Part shown: in pieces, positions 61,811 to 64,000 of the stretch | Layout: every line of letters starts with the position of its first letter | Position numbering within the stretch: position 1 is the first letter of the stretch | Notes under the pieces: model-generated | Database searches by the model: none | What the model saw: only the letters and a program-made list of their open reading frames with translations | What the model was told of the DNA's origin: nothing | Source: an uncultured Gemmatimonadales bacterium | GTDB taxonomy: Bacteria > Gemmatimonadota > Gemmatimonadetes > Gemmatimonadales > GWC2-71-9 | Assembly: GCA_963728915.1 (NCBI GenBank) | Contig: CAVSLV010000004.1 | Coordinates: 256,001-320,000, forward strand | DNA: 64,000 nt | Direction: 5' to 3' | Position numbers and translations under genes: made by a program

Positions 61811-63288
61811 TGACCGGCACCACCCCCGAAGCCCCTCCCGAGGAACAGCCGCCTCCGCCCTGGCTCGAGGAAATGCCTCCCGCCCAGATCGTGGCGGAGC
61901 TGGACCGTTACGTGGTGGGGCAGGACCCCGCCAAACGCGCGATCGCGATCGCGGTGCGCAACCGCTGGCGGCGCATCCAGGCGCCCGATCCGATGCGGGA
62001 CGAGATCACGCCTTCCAACATCATCCTGATTGGTCCGACCGGGGTCGGCAAGACCGAAATCGCCCGCCGGCTGGCCCGCCTGGCCGGGGCGCCCTTCGTC
62101 AAGGTGGAAGCCTCCAAGTTCACCGAGGTCGGCTACGTCGGTCGTGATGTGGAGGGGATGGTCCGCGACCTGGTCGATGCCGCGGTGAACCTGGTCCGCA
62201 CCGAGCGCGAGGACGAAGTGTTCCCTCAAGCCGAGGCGAGAGCGGACGAGCGCTTGCTCGACATTTTGCTGCCGCCCCCGCCGGAACCTTCCAAACCCTC
62301 TGGCCCCTCTGACCCCTCTGACCCCTCTGACCCCTCCGACCCCTCCGACCCCTCCGACCCCTCCGATCCCTCCGACCACCCCGGCACCCGCAGCCGCTCG
62401 CGCGAGAAGCTCAAGGCTCTCCTGCAGGAGGGCAAGCTCGACGACCGGGAAGTCGAGATCGAAGTCACGCCGCAGGCCTTCCCTCCGGTGGATTTCATAC
62501 AGCCGCCCCAAGGGCCCGAAGGAACCGATTTCAATCTGACCGAGTGGCTCCAGAACATGATGCCCCGGCCCAAGAAGCGCCGGATGGTCCGGGTTTCCGA
62601 GGCTCGGCGCATCCTGGTCGATGAGGAGCTCAAGCGGATGGTCGATCAGGAAGATGTGGTCAACGAGGCGCTCGACCGGACCGAGAACCACGGGATCATC
62701 TTCGTCGATGAAATCGACAAGATCGCCGGAGAGCGGGGTTCCAGCGGTCCCGACGTGTCCCGGGAGGGAGTGCAGCGCGATCTCCTGCCGATCGTGGAGG
62801 GCTCCACGGTTCAGACCCGCTATGGCTATGTCCGCACCGATCACATCCTCTTCATCGCGGCCGGGGCCTTCCACGTTTCCAAGCCGTCCGATCTGATCCC
62901 CGAGCTCCAGGGGCGGTTCCCGATCCGGGTCGAGCTGGCCCCGCTCCGGGAAGAGGACTTCGTCCGGATCCTGACCGAACCGGAGAACGCCCTGACCAAG
63001 CAGTACGCCGCGCTGGTCGCCGCGGAAGGCGCCGAACTGAGCTTCACGCCGGAGGCGATTCTGGAGATCGCCCGGATGGCGCGGGTTGCGAACGAGCGCA
63101 TGGAGAATATCGGCGCCCGCCGCCTCCACACCGTGATGTCCACTCTGATGGAAGAGCTTCTCTTCGCCCTCCCCGACTGGCCCGAGAAGACCATCCGGTT
63201 CGACGTGGCCCTGGTGCGTGAGCGCCTGGCCCGGGTCCTGGGGGACGACGACCTCCGCCGATACATTCTTAGGGAGAGTGATAGGTGA
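61810..63288 (+). CDS. hslU: ATP-dependent protease ATPase subunit HslU
   Basis: GPTGVGKTEIARRLA, EVGYVGRDV, DEIDKI, ELQGRFPIRV, ENIGARRL. Confidence 0.97.
   Translation: MTGTTPEAPPEEQPPPPWLEEMPPAQIVAELDRYVVGQDPAKRAIAIAVRNRWRRIQAPDPMRDEITPSNIILIGPTGVGKTEIARRLARLAGAPFVKVEASKFTEVGYVGRDVEGMVRDLVDAAVNLVRTEREDEVFPQAEARADERLLDILLPPPPEPSKPSGPSDPSDPSDPSDPSDPSDPSDPSDHPGTRSRSREKLKALLQEGKLDDREVEIEVTPQAFPPVDFIQPPQGPEGTDFNLTEWLQNMMPRPKKRRMVRVSEARRILVDEELKRMVDQEDVVNEALDRTENHGIIFVDEIDKIAGERGSSGPDVSREGVQRDLLPIVEGSTVQTRYGYVRTDHILFIAAGAFHVSKPSDLIPELQGRFPIRVELAPLREEDFVRILTEPENALTKQYAALVAAEGAELSFTPEAILEIARMARVANERMENIGARRLHTVMSTLMEELLFALPDWPEKTIRFDVALVRERLARVLGDDDLRRYILRESDR
62296..62376. repeat. In-frame 9-bp repeat CCCTC(C/T)GAC (PSG + PSD x8) in the HslU I-domain
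   Basis: Nine consecutive units read directly. Confidence 0.95.
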
Positions 63289-63580
63289 CCGATTTCCGTC
63301 ACCCACGACCCCATTCGGCATCGATTCAAGCATCGGGCCCGAACGGGGAGGGGTTTCTGACCTACAGCGAGATCGCGCCGGACCTCCTCGACTTCGAGTA
63401 TGTCGAGGTGCTCCCCGGTTCCGGGGCCAGGGCGTCGCGGGGCAGATCGTCGAAGCCGCTTGCCGGTACGCGCGGACTCGGCGGGGGTCCGGGTGGTCCC
63501 GACCTGTCCTTATATTGCCGACCTGGTTTCGTCACCACGCCGAGTGGCGGGCCCTTCTCCACCCCATGGAATCCCCATGA
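63285..63580 (+). CDS. YjdJ-like GNAT acetyltransferase, multiple frameshifts
   Basis: Fragments GFLTYSE..DLLDFEYVEV, RFRGQGVAGQIVEAA, RVVPTCPYIA, WFRHH.EW in three frames. Confidence 0.7.
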
Positions 63581-64000
63581 GCAACGACCGCACCCCAGTT
63601 GCTTCGCTGATTCTCGCCCTCGGCCTCTCCGCGGCGGGGCTCCTGACCGGGGTCGGATCGGCCGGATCCGGCAGGATGAGCGGTACGTGACCGTGAAGGG
63701 AATCAGCGAACGGGAGGCCCAGGCGGACCTGGCGATCTGGCCGCTCCGGATCTCCGCCGCAAGCAACGACCTGGGGATGGCCCACGCCTCGCTGGAGAAC
63801 AGCGTAACCCGGCATCATGCAGTTCCTCGCGCGCAACCAGGTCGACACCGCGCAGGTTACCCGCCAGGATTTCCGGGTGACCGACGCCTATACCAACCAG
63901 TATGCCGGGGCCGACCGGATCACCAGCCGGTACGTGATCAACGAGACGATCCTGGTGCGGTCCAATCAACCCGAGCTGGTGCAGGCCGCCAGCCAGCGGG
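63577..64000 (+). CDS. SIMPL (DUF541) domain protein, partial and frameshifted
   Basis: N-terminal TM; RYVTVKGISEREAQADLAIWPL, RY.I.ETILVRS. Confidence 0.8.

Noticed and set aside
2327..62376. Tandem arrays as CRISPR or telomere-like repeats
   Set aside because: Units are 7-9 bp with no unique spacers and no cas genes

Overview
High-GC bacterial chromosomal segment. Gene content and order (trmFO-xerC-hslVU, lptFG, Oar-type TonB receptor, pilMNOPQ-aroC-aroK) suggest Gemmatimonadota, but this is inference only. From left to right it carries: the kup 3' end; acs; a STAS protein; ccmABCD; a six-gene ketosynthase/START-cyclase/methyltransferase/flavin-reductase/FAD-oxidoreductase/DUF92 operon; a V4R protein; an M24 peptidase; ctaB; an APC permease; a TonB-dependent receptor; lptFG; an M28 lipoprotein; comEA-pilBTC; a site-2 protease; copA-csoR; a DUF5916 protein; tsdA-pilS-pilR; a glycosylation island (2 GT2, 2 GT-C-like, a methyltransferase, 2 TMTC-like O-glycosyltransferases) abutting two tandem type IVa pilins under a sigma54 promoter; a degenerate enhancer-binding protein; pilVWX; pilMNOPQ; aroC; aroK; lysE; trmFO; xerC; hslVU; a GNAT; and a partial SIMPL gene. 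No rRNA, tRNA, CRISPR array or transposase was recognised. The best candidates for new biology are three: (1) a pilin glycosylation system built on eukaryote-like TMTC transferases; (2) a family of strand-polarised 7-9 bp tandem repeats, C-rich at gene 5' ends, G-rich at 3' ends, and in-frame 9-mers inside proteins; (3) the ACP-less FabF/START-cyclase cluster. Several genes carry single-base frameshifts that may be sequencing errors. All product calls come from motif recognition, not database searches.
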